A DNA stretch of 64,000 bases from contig NC_052162.1 in the NCBI RefSeq assembly GCF_902713615.1, forward strand, positions 118,168,574 through 118,232,573, written 5' to 3'. Shown here in pieces: positions 60,880 through 64,000 of the stretch. Source of the DNA: Scyliorhinus canicula (lineage: Eukaryota). Under the pieces are notes generated by a model. The model made no database searches, was not told the origin of the DNA, and saw nothing but the letters and a program-made list of their open reading frames with translations. The translations under genes were made by a program, and so were the position numbers. Positions within the stretch are counted from its first letter, which is position 1; every line of letters starts with the position of its first letter.

Positions 60880-61760
60880 ATTGTGAACATTAGGAAAGAG
60901 ACCACCCTTTTAGCCAGACAAATAAATGTGTCAAGCTGAGGGAGCAAAGGATGTCAATGTCTTTAAGAGAGAGACCTGGATTCACTTCCTTTCCCTTCAG
61001 TTGCTGCAAGTGACCAATTGAAGGTCAGAACGAGAAAAGAAATGGAAACGGGGGGGGGGGGGGGGGGGAGTGTTTTACTCACAGATGTTGGAGACAGGAG
61101 GACGTTTTAGTCCAACTTCCGTTTTATGTCGTCACAATGGACCCCTGCCTGAATCAACCAATAGAAATCAGCTTCTCAGAGGTGACGTCTCCTGGTTCCA
61201 GTGCGCAGGTTCGGCGCCGCTCATTCTTCCTCCTCACCCGACACCACCTCCAGACAAGGTTTCCAGGCAACCGGCTGACAGCTCCGGCCAGAGCGAGAAG
61301 CCGCTCAGTGATCTCCCGCCCGCCAGCGACCCGGTACTGCTCATGTCCAAGGGAGAAGGGAAGCTGCGCATGTGCAGGAGAGAGCCCGCCCCCGGACCTG
61401 CCAGCGGACGTATTGACCAATGGAAACATTTGGGGGACCGGAAGAACTCTGGGAGTTCAGCCAATCAGACGGCAAGTTTTGTGTGACTGAAGATTGAGCT
61501 TCACACAGACAAAGTCCCTCCTGTCTCCACCATCTGGGAGTAAAACACTTTCTTTTCTCCCCCTTTCCATTTCTTTTCTCATTTTGACCTTCAATTGGTT
61601 ACTTGCAGCAACTGAAGGGAAAGGAAGTGAATCCAGGGAGGGTGCAGACTCTGGAAATCTTGGCCCAGGTCTCTCTCAAAGACATTGACATCCTTTGCTC
61701 CCTCAGCTTGACACATTTATTTGTCTGACTAAAAGGATGGTCTCTTTCTTCATGTTCACA
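60880..61760. promoter_or_regulatory. Head-to-head ZNF promoter cassette D
   Basis: Inverted arms ~60884-61100 and ~61517-61760 around the same core (TGACGTC, GCGCATGTGC, CCGGAAG, CCAAT). Confidence 0.8.
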
Positions 61761-61849
61761 GTTAAAGGACTGGTTTCCCTAGTCAATCAGATCCCACACT
61801 GCCTGATTTCCAATCCAATCTATTTAAAGGTCCCAGAAGCCTGGCTCCA

Positions 61850-62480
61850 ACCTTAAATGTTGTTCTGTTGCTGTCAGTAACATTGTTTTGGAACTCACTC
61901 GCACCACCACATAGGCAGCCATCAACATGCATGCATCATAAAGATGCCTGAGAGTTTCCTGCCATGGTACCAATAAAACACGGCAGCTTCTGCCTTCAGG
62001 TGGAGACAACCCGACTTGTACAAAACGGATCGAACTGAGAAGCACCATACACTCGGAAACATTGTTCAAAACATAGACACACTTATTTAACTTCCAAAGA
62101 CTTCCATTTACATCTGGCTCATTTTTAGGACGTTGCAGAAACCCTGCCCTCGGGAAGTGATTCCCCAGCACAACTGCAGCTTTTATGTTTCTTGACTTAC
62201 ATTCCCAAGAAAATGTTGTGAAAAGGACCAAAGAAATGTCAAATTGACCTTTCCCACTGTGGGTGGGTCCACTCTGACCTCTTGTCTCCTAAGGGTTTTT
62301 CAAATCCCTCAGCCACTAACTTCGCCTTGGACTTGTAAGTTCCATCCGGTTGGGCCTTTTCTGTGCAGATCCATTGATGTGATGATGCTGGCTGAGCCCC
62401 ATCAGGGACCTCTGAACTCACGCCAAACTCTCTTCTACTGCCAAACTCTTTCTGTTTAGCCTCCCGTACGGCTTTATCTC
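61850..62480 (-). mobile_element. Copia/Ty1-type reverse transcriptase fragment
   Basis: DGTYKSKAKLVAEGFE (cf. KARLVAKGF), NIKAA (cf. DIKAAFL) and LWKLNKCVYVL (cf. LKKSLYGL). Confidence 0.65.
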
Positions 62481-63378
62481 CTCATTTGTCGGCAGCAACA
62501 AAACCCTCACAGTCACGGGGACTTCAGCATCGCCTCAAACATATCCTTGGTATAAAACTGACAATTCCCTGTGTGAAATGGTCCAGTTATTGAAATTGCA
62601 TCGAATAGAGATCAAAGAAACAGACCAGAAATGGATCGCTGAGGTTCTTTGGAGGTCCCAGTGGTCAGTCAGACTGAATTAAACACAGGTGGTATAAAAC
62701 AAATAATACACTGTCCACGGGGACTTTCCTTTAATCAGAGCCGTCAGTGGATCTTGTTCCTAACACCAGGTTGTTGTGGGACAAATGTCACTTGGAGTCC
62801 AGAGTTGGCGAAAGTTTGGGATTCTTTATTACAAGCATGCAGGTGAATGCTTCAGCAAACTGAAGCATCTGAAGGAGTAGTTATAATAACATACATTTAT
62901 ACACAGTACAGTTATAGCTGGCCAGGCTGTTTTGTCGGCAAGTTAGTGGCAAAGTACAGGACGTAAAGGAAACAACTTGAAAACAGCTCACACTTATTGG
63001 CTATAGTGACTTCATCTCTCACAAAACACATCTTGGAAAATACCCTGTAAAAAGAATCAAAGTAGAATGAAACTCAATAGACAGCACAAAAACAGGTCAT
63101 TGTACCCAGTGTCAGTGTATATATTCCCCATGAGCCTATCGCTTCTCTCTGTCAGCAGGTCTTTCTATTCCTTTCTCTCTTGTGTCTGCAACTTGCTAAG
63201 TGCATTCATGCTGTTTTCCTCAACCAGTCCCTGTGGCAGGAAGTTCCACACCTTCTGGATAAAGACATTGAATCTAACCAGTACTATCTTGTGTGGCCAA
63301 AGAGCAATGCTGCCTCTTTTCTCAATTTCCTGCAGAGGCTGAATCATTGTTGATGAAAAAGCGTTGAGCCGGGCAGCA

Positions 63379-64000
63379 TGTGGTGATCCAACCACTGTAT
63401 ATATGTGTGTTTGCAGTAGGGGGATGTATGGCTGTACCTGTATTACAGGTTTCTCCGGTAAGCCCCTGCCGGCTAGCTCCGCCCATAGGGAGTTGTATAA
63501 ATATTCGTAAGCTTCACTGAGATGCCATTCTACAGCTGCCGCCGGAGGAATGACATCTCACTGTAATAACGCCTCTTTTGTACTTCACTCGAGTCTTTGA
63601 GTACAATTGTTAGAGCCACAATTTATTACAGTGAGATTTTCCTTACACCATAGACATCAGGATTAAACCTGACCGCCTGCAGCTGGATCCGCAGTCGCCA
63701 CACGCCAGGAGAGACTTTGTTCACTGGCTTGCAGTTTTCGAGGCCGACATCTCTTCAGTGGACCCTCCAACTTCAGAGGCTCAGAAATGACAGCTTCTTT
63801 AGTCAAGACTCAGCTCCAGCGTGTTTCCGCTAATTCGAGATGCGCCTGACTACGCCCGGGCCATGGAACTGCTCAAGAGACATCTACTCTCTACTCGCGT
63901 CCAACAGCCGTGTGAGTCAATTGAGGACTTTTGGAGGGCCCTTATACCTCTAATACGAGACTGCGACTGCCAGGCCCTCACAGCCACAGAACATTCCGAC
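63379..64000 (+). mobile_element. Gypsy-like LTR (63379-63630) plus degenerate gag start, running off the window
   Basis: TG..CA with TATAAA, then (M>I)DIRIKPDRLQLDPQSPHARRDFVHWLAVFEA and ESIEDFWRAL..LIRDCDC. Confidence 0.6.

Overview
Eukaryotic, repeat-dense vertebrate DNA, most consistent with a cartilaginous fish (shark-type V-SINE/HE1-like and Deu-SINE families, CR1/L1/Rex1 LINEs, MEKPWKC-type zinc-finger genes). It is not prokaryotic. The window is a C2H2 zinc-finger (ZNF) gene cluster. It has three open ZNF genes (3281-4387 minus, 39713-40474 plus, 58613-59581 minus) and two pseudogenes. Each has a non-coding exon 1, one intron and a single finger-only coding exon. The genes are driven by a repeated CpG-rich promoter core flanked by inverted exon-1/intron arms. 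Also present: a ~1.26-kb-unit tandem array with five tRNA-Glu copies (CTC and TTC anticodons mixed); a young full-length L1 with a 16-bp TSD; an inverted segmental duplication linking two ZNF genes; a gag-like retroviral remnant; Copia and Gypsy fragments; a compound (GT)n satellite; and many SINEs with exchanged 3' tails. The most intriguing signals are (1) a head-to-head promoter cassette in which only one arm keeps the GT donor and whose core appears flipped between sister loci, and (2) a ZNF-fragment/Rex1 chimera lying antisense in a ZNF intron. All calls are from visual reading, and repeat boundaries are approximate.
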